Below, one piece after another: positions 32,383-44,183 of a DNA stretch of 64,000 bases. Made by a program: the position numbers and the translations under genes. Within the stretch, counting starts at the first letter, position 1, and each line of letters begins with the position of its first letter. Under the pieces are notes generated by a model, which did no database searches, was not told where the DNA came from, and saw only the letters and a list, made by a program, of their open reading frames with translations. The DNA is from an uncultured delta proteobacterium. GTDB taxonomy: Bacteria; Desulfobacterota; Syntrophobacteria; Syntrophobacterales; Syntrophobacteraceae. The stretch lies in NCBI GenBank assembly GCA_963808625.1, contig CAWEHK010000035.1:46489-110488 (forward strand), given 5' to 3'.

Positions 32383-32490
32383 AGCTGTGCCCACCCTCGC
32401 GTTCCGTAGGGTGGGCAGGTTTGCCCACTGAACATGCAGAACTTATGCTCTGTGTCCTAGCCACTAACCACTGCTTCCAAGGAGTCGAAC

Positions 32491-33697
32491 GTGAGTAGAC
32501 AACGATATTGTCATTGTGGCGGCGGCGCGCACTGCTATCGGCCGATTTGGGGGCGCCCTGAAAGACGTGAGGGCCTCCAGGCTGGCAGCCCATGTGATGA
32601 TAGGAGGTTATAAGGCGCGCTGATAACCTGGAGGCCGCATCTGATCAGTGACATCATCGTCGGGGATTGCGTGCAGTGCTTCGATGAAGCCAACACAGCC
32701 CGCACCGCCGCGCTGCTGGCCGGTTTCCCGGTAGAGGTTCCCGCCTTTACGGTGCAGCGGCAGTGTTCGTCGTCCATGCAGGCCCTGATTCCGGGGTCCA
32801 GCAGATTCGATGCGGGGATTCGGAAATCGTTCTGGTCGGCGGCGTCGAGTCGATGAGCTCGGCCCCGTACTACCTGCCAGCGGCGCGAGGTGGGGGATGC
32901 GCCTGCATGAACCAGGAAGTGACCGATGCCGTTTGGGAGATGCTCTATTCCGGCAGCCGCCTGCTTGGGGATCCCATGATCATGGGCATCACCGCGGAAA
33001 ACCTGGCGGCAAAATATAACATCTCGCGCGAAGCTCAGGACCAGGTGGCTGTGGAAAGCCACAACAAAGCGGAAGCCGCCATCAAGGCGGGACGATTCAA
33101 AGAGGAAATCGCGCCGCTTCCTGTTGCCGGGGAAAAAGGGACAAGAGGAATTATTCGAGCAGGACGAACATCCGCGCTTTGGTTTGACCATGGAGGATCT
33201 GGTCAAGCTCAAGCCGGCTTTCAAGAAGGATGGGACGGTGACGCCGGGCAATTCTTCCGGGCTCAATGACGGTGCCGCTGCGGCTATCCTCATGACGCGC
33301 AAAAGGGCCAGAGAGCTGGGCCTGACCCCGATGGCAAGGATTGTCACCCATGCCGTTGCCGGTGTTGAACCGCACCTCATGGGTTACGGACCGGTGCCCT
33401 CCAGCCAGAAGGCCCTGCGCAAAGCCGGAATGACCCTCAAGGATATTCAGCTCATCGAAGTAAATGAAGCGTTCGCTGCCCAGTACATTGCGTGCGAGCA
33501 GGGGCTGGGCCTCGATCGAGCCATCACCAACGTAAACGGCAGCGGCATCGGCCTGGGACATCCCGTCGGGGCCACCGGGCTTGCGCATCGTCGTCTCCCT
33601 GCTTTTTGAAATGGCGCGCCGCAATCTCGAAGTGGGCCTGGCAACCCTGTGCGTCGGCGGCGGCATGGGGGTGACCACGATCGTTGCCCGCGATTGA
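32491..33697 (+). CDS. Acetyl-CoA acetyltransferase (thiolase), multiple frameshifts
   Basis: [56 protein letters not shown]. Confidence 0.85.
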
Positions 33698-33706
33698 ATG
33701 CATTTT

Positions 33707-33890
33707 CACCACGAAGAACACGAAGAGCACGAAGGTGGCGAAGCCATTTGGCTCGTTCCCAAGCTCCAGCTTGGGAATGCAGGACGGAAGCTCCAGCCTC
33801 AAGTGTTTCTTGAGTACAGATGACGTCCACAGCTCAGACGAAGCTGGAGCTTCCAAGCAGTTGGGTTCCCAAGTCGGAACTTGGGAACCA
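33707..33890. repeat. Palindromic repeats (GTTCCCAAGCTCCAGCTTGGGAA family) preceded by CACGAAG repeats
   Basis: Same motif at 20374-20400 and 43941-44090. Confidence 0.8.
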
Positions 33891-34197
33891 GCTTTGAGGG
33901 CCTCTTCAAACCGAGCACTGCACGAAAATTGAACTTTCAGACCTGCTTTGAGAGCTGCCAAGACAAAGTTACGATGCTTCCAAACATCCCGGGGTCCCGA
34001 CAATTTCAGGATTCCAGGATCTTCACTTGATTCGCACAGATGATTGTGGTATGGGACACACGTCTCATAACTCCCCCGCAAATTAGCGCGAATTCGGTAT
34101 CATTATCCCCAAACGGCCTGTGTCGGGGGGCTCCGAAAGCGTCATTCATAAGTCAAACACCAAGGGTCTCACTTTTCAAAGAAGGAGGTACGGTACC

Positions 34198-35190
34198 GTG
34201 GAAGTCTTCGAACAAGGCATTGGAAGGTTGTTTACCGATCCAGACGCGGATAATGCGAGGGATCATTTCAGAACGAAGTCCCGGAGCATGACGAACAAAC
34301 TGATGACCCTTAAGGAGGCCATTGAGAAGTTTGTCCATGATGGCGATTATCTGGCGATTGGGGGATTCGGTGCCGACCGGGCATCGATCGCCGCGTGCCA
34401 TGAAATCGTGAGACAAGGGAAGAAAAACCTGGGTTTTGCGGGTCACACCGCAACGCATGACTTTCAGGTTCTTTCGGCCGGCAAGGCGTTCAACCGGTGT
34501 GACGCCGCCTACATCGTCGGTCTCGAAGCAAGAGGGCTTTCCCCCAACGCCAGGCGATACGTGGAAAGCGGTGCGGTAGAACTTTGCGAGTGGACGAATT
34601 ACGCGCTGGCGGCACGCATCAAGGCCGCTGCCATGGGGGTTTCTTTCCTTCCCGCGAGAAACATGATGGGAACGGACACCTTCAAATACAGCGGCGCCAA
34701 GAAGATAAAATGCCCTTTCACCGGGATCTTTTACTCGGCGATACCGGCGCTCTGGCCTGACATTTCGGTCATTCATGTCCACGAGGCGGATGTTTACGGG
34801 AATTCACGCATCACGGACATCACCATCTCCGATTGGGACCTTGCCAGGGCCTCGAAACATCTGATTATCACCTGCGAGAGGCTGGTTTCGAACGAAGAGA
34901 TCCGGAGCGCTCCATACCGAACCCAGATTCCTTTCTATTGCGTGGACGCGGTGTGCGAAGTTCCCTACGGGGGTTATCCCGGCGTCATGGCCTATGAGTA
35001 TTTCTCTGATGAGGAACACCTGAGAGAGTGGCTCACGGTCGAACAGGACCCTGAAAAATTTAAGGAATTTCTTGATCGGAACATCTATCAGTGCAAGGAC
35101 CACATGGAATATATCAACCTGCACGGCGGCAGGGAGAAGATGATGATGTTGAGAAGAAAAGAACTGCTGCTCAACGTAGACAAGAAGTAG
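34198..35190 (+). CDS. Family I CoA-transferase subunit A (glutaconate CoA-transferase-like)
   Basis: RBS AGGAGG; VHDGD-LAIGGF, AAAMGV-FLP, VIHV-EAD-YGN, VDAVCEVPYG-YP. Confidence 0.85.
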   Translation: MEVFEQGIGRLFTDPDADNARDHFRTKSRSMTNKLMTLKEAIEKFVHDGDYLAIGGFGADRASIAACHEIVRQGKKNLGFAGHTATHDFQVLSAGKAFNRCDAAYIVGLEARGLSPNARRYVESGAVELCEWTNYALAARIKAAAMGVSFLPARNMMGTDTFKYSGAKKIKCPFTGIFYSAIPALWPDISVIHVHEADVYGNSRITDITISDWDLARASKHLIITCERLVSNEEIRSAPYRTQIPFYCVDAVCEVPYGGYPGVMAYEYFSDEEHLREWLTVEQDPEKFKEFLDRNIYQCKDHMEYINLHGGREKMMMLRRKELLLNVDKK

Positions 35191-35211
35191 GGGAAAGGAG
35201 GAGCGCTCACA

Positions 35212-35983
35212 ATGGCTGACTATAACACAATGGAACTGATGATCTGCACGGCCGCCCGGGAGCTGACGGACGGTGCCTCGGTGGCCGTCGGGACCGGTGC
35301 TCCCTGCGCCGCGGCGATGCTTGCCCAGAAAACTCACGCGCCCAACCTGCTGATTATTTTCGAGGCGGGCGGTATCGGACCACTCCTTCCCGAAATGCCC
35401 ATCTCCGTCGGAGATTCCCGGACCATCTGGAAGGCGATTATGGCGAGCAGCATGACCGATGCCATGGAAACATTCTGCCGGGGTCTGGTTGATTATACCT
35501 TTCTCGGTGGCGCCCAGATCGATATGTACGGGAACATCAACTCGACGTTCATCGGGACGGATTACCAGAAACCGAAGGTCCGCTTCCCCGGAAGCGGCGG
35601 CGCCAATGATTTCGGTTCTTTCTGCTGGAATATGATGATGATCACCCCGCAGGACTCCAAGCGTTTTGTGGAAAAGTGCACCTTTATCACCACCCCGGGA
35701 TATCTGACTGGCGGTGATGCCAGAGTAGAAGCCGGTCTGGCGAGGGGAACCGGACCTTACCGGGTGATTACGAATATGGCTGTGATGGGGTTCCATCCGG
35801 AATCGAAAAGAATGATGATCGTCAGCATCAACCCGGGCTACACCGAGCAGGATGTGCAGAATAACTGCGGCTTTGAGCTTCTTAAAGGCCAAGAAGATCA
35901 AGGAAACGACTCATCCCAGCAAACGTGAACTCGAGGTATTGAGGGATCAGGTGGATCCCTACCGCTACATTATCGGCAGATAG
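35212..35983 (+). CDS. Family I CoA-transferase subunit B (frameshift near the 3' end)
   Basis: VGTG-P, IFEAG, LGGAQID-YGNINST, PGSGGAND. Confidence 0.85.
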
Positions 35984-36197
35984 CGCGTGCCATAGTCCGG
36001 CAACTTGGTTTTGGTGGGCACAAAAGGCCGTGCCCACCCTACGATTTTTTCGAAGTCCGAAGCTGCTGGTGTAGGGTGGGCGCAGCTTTATCGTGCCCAC
36101 CGGGACCGGATGATTACTTCCGCCGAAAGGTACTGGCGGTCACGGCCAAGGCTGGGCGGATTGCCGGAGTGCAATGGTTGCGCAAGGAGGAGGCGAA

Positions 36198-36980
36198 TTG
36201 GATCAGACACTGGTTTTGGAGGATCGAAGAGGAGCGGTGAGCGTGGTGACGCTCAACCGGCCGGAGGTGATGAACTCTTTTAACTTCGCCATGCTGAGGG
36301 AACTGCGGGATTGCATGGAGAAGCTCCAATGGGATCGCGAAGTGCGGGTGGTGGTCATTACCGGAGCCGGCGAAAAGGCGTTCTGCGCCGGGGCTGATCT
36401 CAAGGAAAGGGCAACGCTGGCGGAGGACCAGGTAAGGCAGTTTATCTATACGATTCGCAACCTGTTTACCTTCATTGAATACATGAACAAGCCGGTGATC
36501 GCTGCCGTAAACGGGGTAGCCCTGGGTGGCGGGACGGAACTTGCCCTGGCCTGCGATATCCGCATCGCGTCGGAGAGCGCCACGATGGGACTGACCGAAA
36601 CGCGCCTGGCGATCATCCCCGGAGCCGGCGGAACGCAGCGGTTGCCGCGCCTGGTCGGGCGCGGCAAGGCCAAGGAACTGATCTTTACGGGCCGGCGGGT
36701 GGATGCGAAGGAGGCCCTGGAGATCGGTTTGGTCAACAAGGTCGCTCCCGCCGAGAAACTCATCGATGCCTGCCTCGAGATGGCCGCCATGATCTGCGAG
36801 GCCGGGCCGGTCGCCATCGGCCAGGCGAAGTACGCGATCAACTACGGTCTCGAGGCGGACCTCCACACTGGGCTTGCCATCGAATCAAACGCCTATTGGG
36901 TAACCATTCCCACCGAGGATCGTTTGGAAGGCCTGACGGCTTTTCGAGAAAAACGCAAACCCGTCTACAAGGGGAAATAG
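36198..36980 (+). CDS. Enoyl-CoA hydratase (methylglutaconyl-CoA hydratase-like)
   Basis: AFCAGADLKER, ALGGGTELALACDIR, GLTETRLAIIPGAGGTQRLPR. Confidence 0.9.
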   Translation: MDQTLVLEDRRGAVSVVTLNRPEVMNSFNFAMLRELRDCMEKLQWDREVRVVVITGAGEKAFCAGADLKERATLAEDQVRQFIYTIRNLFTFIEYMNKPVIAAVNGVALGGGTELALACDIRIASESATMGLTETRLAIIPGAGGTQRLPRLVGRGKAKELIFTGRRVDAKEALEIGLVNKVAPAEKLIDACLEMAAMICEAGPVAIGQAKYAINYGLEADLHTGLAIESNAYWVTIPTEDRLEGLTAFREKRKPVYKGK

Positions 36981-36996
36981 ACGCGTCGCTCTTCTA

Positions 36997-38174
36997 CTAC
37001 TTCCAGGCCAATGGTCCCCATTTTTCCGGCAAAATGGCTTCCGCGGGCCAATCGGGAGGCACCAGCTGGCCGGGTTTTTCGCCCAGTTTCTGGATGAGCT
37101 TGCTTGAGACCGGGACGGGCGTATTGTGGATGCCCTTCTTTCAAGCGTCCGGCCGTTAATGACGGCCTCGGAACGGAGCCTGCGGCCGATCGTCCGCTCC
37201 ATCTTCGCTCCGAGCCAGAGGACCCGGTCCACATTGTAGCCGTGTTCGATGCCCAGTTCGTCAATCATCACCAGGAGGTCTTCGAAGGTGATGAGACCCA
37301 CATACCTCGGATCGTAATAGTAGTCGCCCGTTCCTCTCACGGGACAGTCGTCGAGGAAATTGGCCGGCTGTCCGCCCAGCCCGCCCAGGGTCCCCTCGAA
37401 GCGGCAGATGCCGGCCTGGAGGGCCGCCAGGATCGAGGCCGAGGCGACGCGCTTGGTCTCATGAAGATGGCATAGATGGGCCTCGGGATTGGGCATGGCA
37501 TCCAGGACCATGGAGAAATACCGGTAGACCTGGGCCGCAGAAGCGGAACCGTCATGGTCGGCGTGCTCGATGTCATGGGCGCCGATCGAGAAAAAGCGCT
37601 TGGTGAATTCCACCGCATCCTCGAGCCTCGTGGCGCCGGTGATGGGGCTCCCCCAGATGGTGCTCACCGTGCCGCACATCTTGATGCCCACGTCGGCGGC
37701 CTTCTTGATGCAACGTTCAGCCTCTTTCCAGTATTGGGTCAGAGTGGTGCCGGAGTTGGCAAAATGGTGTTCGGGGTCGGTGGAGACCATCATCAGGACA
37801 CGATCGGGACCGATGCCTTTCTGTCTTAGCTCGATGGCTTTGTCCACCGCCGGCTCGCGGATCGTCACCGCGGTCATGATGAGCTCATCGTATTTGACTC
37901 CCGCCCGCTCGCAGCGCTTCTTGAAGGCATCGCTCCGGAGCGCGGTGAGCACCTGTTCGGCATCCCGGAACTGGGGAATGCCCTCCGGACTTCCGAGGTT
38001 GGTTACCTCGATCTCTTTTGCTCCTGCCAGGATCAACTCCTGGGCATAAAAAATCTTGGCATTGGTCGAGATGAATTTCTCTTCATGCTGAAAACCATCG
38101 CGCACGGTTATGTCGCCGAGGGTCACTTTTTTCGGCATTCTGGGAAAGATTTTCCAATAATCATATTCTGTCAT
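36997..38174 (-). CDS. HMG-CoA lyase-like DRE-TIM metallolyase (frameshifts near the 3' end)
   Basis: DITVRDGFQHE, ADHDG, HLHET, GGLGG. Confidence 0.8.
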
Positions 38175-38268
38175 AAACCACGTCCTCCCTTTCAGACTCT
38201 ACTCTTTGAGTATTTGAATATTGCTTCTAAATCTCTGCGTCCTCTGCGTCTCTGCGGTGGAAGGGGCC

Positions 38269-39898
38269 CTAAACCTTGAGATCGCCCCAATCAGTTCTCC
38301 CGATCGGCACGCGGTAGCAGAGCTCCAGTGACCGGGCCAGCTTGTCACGCGCCTCGCTGAAGGCGATGACGCCGTCATGAAAGAGCAGGGCCCCGGTCAG
38401 GAAGGGATGTCCTTCCGCGTCATAACGGTCGATCATCATCTTGCGGAAGGCTGCCATTTCTTCCTCATTGACCTCCTGGCCGCGGTCGACGATGTTCTTC
38501 CGGCGGACCGTTTCCACGACGAAGGCGGCAGTCCTTCCGGACATAACCGTCGTGCGGCCCCTCATATTGGTAAAGCAGAATACCGGCCGAAAGGCCCTGC
38601 CGCACATCCCGTAGTTGGCAGCGCCGTGGTCGGGGCCAATGACGTACTGGATTTTCGGAACGTTCAGCACGCTGCAGGTGCGGACCATGTCCGATCCGTA
38701 TTTTCCGATGCCGCTCCATTCTTCATTTTGCCCCACCATATAGCCCGGAGATCCCTGGAAAAAGATCACCGGCAGATTTGAGTTGCCGCAGCGGATCATC
38801 CATTCGGTTGCCTTTCTTGCGGCCTCAACATAGATGATGCCGTTGCCGTTGGAGGCAATAACGCCCACGGGCATCCCTTTCAGCCACATCTTGCCGGCCA
38901 CGATCGTTTCCCCACGCGCGAGGCCGTAGGTCGGCTTGTATTCGTGGAAATAGCTGTCGTCGGCAAGACATTTGAGCGTCTCTCGGATCGGGATGGCGTG
39001 GTAGGTATGGACGGGAGTGGCGCGCATCATATCCAGGTAATCATACTGTGGCTCCACTACCGGTCTTGCGCTCGCAGTAAAGGGTTTGAGAGGGTTCAAA
39101 CTCGATGATGTCGCGGAGCTTCTGGACCCCTTCTTCCTGGGATTTAACGATATGGTCGCAGCCTCCTGAATGTTGCGTATGCACATAGGCGCCCCCGAGG
39201 TCCTCCATCGTTACGGTCTCGCCGATGGCCGATTTCACCATGGGAGGGCCCGCCAGGAAGGCAAAAGCAAGCTTCTCGATCATGATGGACTCGGACGCGA
39301 GGTAGACGATGTAGGCGCCGCCCGCAGTATTCCCGCCGGTGGAGAGGGTGTATTGCTTGATGCCCATGGCTGACATGCGGCACATGTTGTAGAACATGCT
39401 GCCGAAGTGGCCGTCATCGGCAAAACAACCCAGTTGCAGGGGCAGGTTGATCCCCCCGGAATCGGCGATGTAGATGCAGGGCAACCGCAGGCGCTCGGCA
39501 ATCGCCTGGGCCCTCATGTGCTTCTTCAGGGTGATCGGGAAATAGGTCCCTGCGGCGTAGCGGTTTTCATTGGCAAAGATCATGCAATCCTTGCCGTGAA
39601 CGACACCGATGCCGGTAATCACGCCCCCGCCCGGGATGTGCCCCCGTTTCTCCGATTCGTAGATATCGCCGCCGTAAAGCTTGATCTGTCCTATGTGATA
39701 GCCCGCATCCAGGCCAAGCTCAAAGAATCCGGTACCCGGGTCGATCAACATCGCGATCAGCTCACGCATCGTTTTCTTGCCCTGCTTGGCAAGACGCTTG
39801 AGCTGGTCCTCCCCGCCGATGTGGTATGCCTCCTCACGGTGCGCAATGAGGATGGCATCCTGCTCTTCCCAATGCTTAATGCGGTCTTCCTCTACCAT
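38269..39898 (-). CDS. Acyl-CoA carboxyltransferase subunit (3-methylcrotonyl-CoA carboxylase beta-like), frameshift near 39050
   Basis: GGVITGIG, GTYFPIT-KKH-RAQ, DSGG--LP, GGNTAGGAY, GPPMVK-A-GE, GAANYGMCGRA. Confidence 0.88.
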
Positions 39899-41040
39899 AT
39901 CAATCCTCCTCAACCATCCCCGGGTGGGTCCCCCCACCCAGACAGCCAGTACTTTTCAGAGAACTATCGTCAGACAACGCAAATGAGATAAGTAAGCAAA
40001 CACGAGATGAGGAACACCTTTGCCCTTCATTGACCGGTTGCGTTGCATTGCGGACAGGGTTGCCGGTGATTCTCCAGGCAACGAAACGCCTCCATGCAAG
40101 CCTGCTCCAATCTTTGAAAAGGGCGCTCTCCCACTCTCGGCAAGGGATTGAACACGCTACGTTTCACTGCAAGACGGCGGTAAGAGCTGTTGTAAAAATT
40201 GTTAAGAAACGATCATCAAACAAGAAGAAGGCACGCAACCGCAGGAACAGGAGGCGAAGGTCGAGACAATCAACACCGGATCAGGAATCGAATCGGCCCA
40301 GGAAACCGTACAGAGGGAGCCTTTGCGAAACGCAGCATGGACCCTCTGGCAGCGAAGCCATGATATAATACAAAAATTGGCCAAGTCAATGGCCAAATCC
40401 TGGCGCAAGAACCACCTGAGGGTGTAAGGAAGATCCAAGTTCAGGCAGATCTAAGTTCTTGACACCTTCGAGTGCCAAATGTAGGATGCCTTCTGATCAA
40501 CCTCTACCAACGGCGATGGGCTTTGGGAAAGCAGGCATGGAGCTGGTCGGGTCGCTCCACGAAGGGATGCCCGGGGCATTCCCTTCCGGAACGGTTGCAT
40601 GTGCCTGAACCCGAGATGAACAGCCCAAGAACTATTATAGAATCAACAACATCTGGTTATGGGAACGAGAGACTCCGTGTTTCAGACGCGCGAAGGCACG
40701 GCTGTGCATGGCGGGGTTCCCTGAAATTTCCGTGGTTCTCGACTAAAGTTCCTGTTCGCAATTCTGCCGGCTACACTTCCTGCTCCCTATCGTCACTTAC
40801 ATAAGCCTGGCTTGTGGCTGATTTTCGCAAAGGTTTGTTTATCCTATGAGAAAGTTATTACATGGTTTCATAAATTCAGTGTCATCTCGAGCTCAGCGAT
40901 AGATCTCCAAGTTTTGTCCGGTTGCGCAAGGTTTTTCACTGCGTTCGAAATAGCCGATGCATCACGGAATTTATGACATTCAGCACTTAGGTAGCAGTGG
41001 GCCATCAATCAATCATTTAATGCTGAGGAGAGGAGCACTC

Positions 41041-42226
41041 ATGGATTTCCAACTGACTGATGAACAACGCATGATTAAGGAAACCGTTTACAAGTGGTCG
41101 GTAAATGAGTTGGGACCGTTGCAGGAGAAAATTGATGAGGAGGATTGGTTTCCTCCGGACTTTTTCACGAAATGTGCCGAGATCGGAATCCTGGGGATCA
41201 CCATTGATGAAAAATACGGCGGGCTGGGCGGGGATGTGCTCATGCAGACCCTCGCCATCGAGGAGATGAGCCGCATCTGCCCGGCCCTGGCCATGACCTA
41301 CGGGGCCCATTCCAACCTGTGCGCCAACAACATTTATAAGAATGCCAGCGAGATGCTTAAAGACAAGTATCTCCCTCCCTTGGTGAGCGGGGAGAAGATC
41401 GGGGCCCTGGGCCTCACCGAACCCAATGCCGGCTCGGATGCCATGAGCCTGCGCACGCGCGCGGTCAAGAAAGGCGACAAGTACCTTCTCAACGGTTCCA
41501 AGATGTTCATCACCAATGGGCCGATGGCCGACACCCTGCTCGTCTATGCCAAAACCGATCCCGAGAAGGGGGCGAAAGGGAATCAGCGCCTTCATCGTGG
41601 AGAAGGACTTCCCCGGCTTTTCCGTGGCCCGGAAGCTGAAGAAAGTGGGCATGAGGGGCTCACCCACGGCCGAACTGGTCTTTCAGGATTGTGAAGTGCC
41701 CGTAGAAAACCTGGTGGGTCAGGAGAACATGGGCGTCCACGTGATGACCAGCGGGCTCGATATCGAACGCATCGTGCTTGCCGGCGGCTCGATCGGGATG
41801 GCTCAGCAGGCGCTGGAATATTCCGTTCGTTATGCCGTAGAGCGCGAACAGTTCGGACAGCCGATTGCCAACTTCCAGATGATCCAGCAAAAACTCGCGG
41901 ATATGTATACGCGCACCGAAGCCGCCCGGCTCCTGGTGTACCGTGCCGCGGACTTTGCCCAGAAGTCGCCCCGGGGAGGGAAGGGCACCGAGCTCACCCG
42001 GCAGGCTGCCGCTGCCATTCTCTTTGCCGCCGAGACGGCGACCTGGGTGTGCGATCAAGGGGTCCAGATTCATGGCGGGTATGGTTATTGCCTCGAGTTC
42101 CCCGTGCAGAAGCTGTGGCGGGATGCCAAACTCTATGAAATCGGGGCGGGCACCAGTGAGATTCGGCGCATGATTATCGCTCGTGAGCTGACTCGCGAGG
42201 AATTTGCCAGAAAGGCCAGTCGTTAG
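41041..42226 (+). CDS. Isovaleryl-CoA dehydrogenase-like acyl-CoA dehydrogenase, frameshift near 41580
   Basis: YGAHSNLC, GLDIERIVLAGG, RDAKLYEIGAGTSEIRRM are IVD-type signatures. Confidence 0.88.
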
Positions 42227-42329
42227 TCGTGAACCGTGAAAGCTGCTCAGGCCTGTTGCTCCGCCTTGCTGACCAATGGGACCGAGCGGCTGAAACCAGA
42301 CAATTCACCAACACAAGGAGGAATGATTC

Positions 42330-43844
42330 ATGACAACGCCCGTTCAGCAAAAGATTCGAGACAAAAAGAGGACCCCTGAACAAATCGCAGAGATGGTAAA
42401 ATCCGGGGATTGGATTAACAACGGCAGCGTCGGTGGGGATTCCACGGTCTGCACCGAGGCCGTCGCCAAAAGACTGGGGCCTGGCCCTGGTGAATTGAAG
42501 GACATCGAATTCTGGCTTTATGCCTGTTTTTACCCCCATCCCGAACTGCAGCAAATCGATCCTCTCCAGCAATATCACTGTGTTCACGAGTATTTCTTCT
42601 TCCCCTGGAACCGCAAGGCCAGGGATACCAACAACGTGACCGACTGGGCCCAGTGGGGATGGGCTTACGGCATGTGGGCTCACCATTACCGGTTCATCAA
42701 TGCCGTCAAGGAAAAGCGAGGCATGGACTGGTGGTTCAATGCCGCTACCGCCCCGGATAGTCACGGCTTCTTCAACATGTCCTACGGCACCAACAACACC
42801 AACATATTTAGACAGACCGCCAAGAAGACCGTGTTCGAGGTCCGGTCCGATTACCCCTGGGCCGAGGGCGGGCGGTACAATACCATCCACATCGACGATG
42901 TCGATTACTGGGTGGAAGTCGACTGCGAGAAGTACAAGTGGCCTCAGATCAACGAGAAGGCCATCAAGTCGAAGCCGGAAGAAGAGGCCATTGCGCACCA
43001 CGTCATGAGCATCATGCGGGACCGGGACATCGTTCAACTCGGCATCGGCGCCCTCCCTTCCGCATGTGTCGCGGCCATGGCGGACGCGGGATTCAAGGAC
43101 CTTGGCATTCATACCGAGATGCTCAACTACGGCCTCATTAAGCTGATCGAATCCGGTCAGGTGACCAACGCCTACAAGTCGATCGATCGCGGGAAGAGCG
43201 TCTGGACCTTCGCCTTCCCCGTGGATGTGCAATGGTATTACGACACGGTTGAGCGGAACCAGCAACTGGCCGTCTACGACATTGGCTACACGAACAACCT
43301 CCAGATCCTCAGCCGCATCGACAACATGATTGCCATCGACAACTGCGTCGCGGTGGACCTGCTGGGACAGCAGTGTTCGGGATTCTATGAGAAGCGGCCC
43401 ATTTCCAGCACCGGCGGGTATTTCCAGTTTGTGAGCTTCTGTGCCATGTCAAGAGGCGGCCGGGGCGTGGCATCCATGACTGCCCGAAGCAAGCATGGGA
43501 CTTCGCGGATCGTGCCCTTCCTTCCCGAAGGGTCAACCGTGGATGTTCCCGCCCAGTTGTCCAACTATGTGTGCACCGAGTACGGCATCGTAAACCTGAG
43601 GGGGCTGAGCGGCTACGAAAGGGCGAGCGCCTTGATTTCCATCGCCCATCCCGACGACCGCGAGTGGCTCGAAAGCGAAGCGCGCAAACATGGCCTGCTG
43701 GCGCCGAAGTTCCCGGTCAGCATGCTTCCCAAAGAGGGCGGCGACCGAAGATATCCCAGCTACGAAGAGCGAAGAAAATACAAACTGCCGCTCCATAGCG
43801 AAGTCTGGGGGATGGATTGGGATCCTTATCAGTCAGGAAAGTAG
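42330..43844 (+). CDS. Acetyl-CoA hydrolase/transferase family (butyryl-/4-hydroxybutyryl-CoA transferase-like)
   Basis: QLGIGALP, LGIHTEM, SSTGG, VCTEYGIVNLRG, LISIAHPD-R. Confidence 0.9.
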   Translation: MTTPVQQKIRDKKRTPEQIAEMVKSGDWINNGSVGGDSTVCTEAVAKRLGPGPGELKDIEFWLYACFYPHPELQQIDPLQQYHCVHEYFFFPWNRKARDTNNVTDWAQWGWAYGMWAHHYRFINAVKEKRGMDWWFNAATAPDSHGFFNMSYGTNNTNIFRQTAKKTVFEVRSDYPWAEGGRYNTIHIDDVDYWVEVDCEKYKWPQINEKAIKSKPEEEAIAHHVMSIMRDRDIVQLGIGALPSACVAAMADAGFKDLGIHTEMLNYGLIKLIESGQVTNAYKSIDRGKSVWTFAFPVDVQWYYDTVERNQQLAVYDIGYTNNLQILSRIDNMIAIDNCVAVDLLGQQCSGFYEKRPISSTGGYFQFVSFCAMSRGGRGVASMTARSKHGTSRIVPFLPEGSTVDVPAQLSNYVCTEYGIVNLRGLSGYERASALISIAHPDDREWLESEARKHGLLAPKFPVSMLPKEGGDRRYPSYEERRKYKLPLHSEVWGMDWDPYQSGK

Positions 43845-44103
43845 CTTCCCATGAAAGATAAGGGGGAGTGGCCAGTGATCAAGAGTCAGAAAGGGCCAAA
43901 ACGGTAAGGGTCTCCATTTGCTGGTGTGCTGGTTTTGCTGGTTCCCAAGCTCTGGCTTGGGAACCCACGTGTTTGGAAGCTCCAGCTTCGTGTGATGTGT
44001 GGATGTCAACTGCTGGTGAAGAGACGCGAGAAGCTGGAGCTTCCTCCTTGCGTTCCCAAGCTGGAGCTTGGGAACGAGCGAGTTCCCAAATGGCACCTTG
44101 CAG

Positions 44104-44130
44104 GCGGGCGGCAATTTGCCGCCCGCTTTT
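44104..44130 (+). terminator. Intrinsic terminator-like hairpin
   Basis: gcgggcggca-att-tgccgcccgc followed by TTTT. Confidence 0.6.
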
Positions 44131-44183
44131 GCTTGGTGCCCATTCCGGCTTTTCCTGGAGAATGGATGAAAGGAGGGAGTTTT

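Noticed and set aside
34198..35983. AibA/AibB-type methylglutaconyl-CoA decarboxylase
   Set aside because: Subunit B keeps the Glu in IFEAG expected of a true family I CoA-transferase; decarboxylase not supported, though not excluded
40229..40710. Sigma54 promoters at GGCACG motifs (near 40230 and 40695)
   Set aside because: GG-to-GC spacing is 9 rather than the required 10
43926..44183. N-terminal extensions of ORFs (43926, 20390, 54457, 16378)
   Set aside because: They translate palindromic repeat DNA; better starts lie downstream
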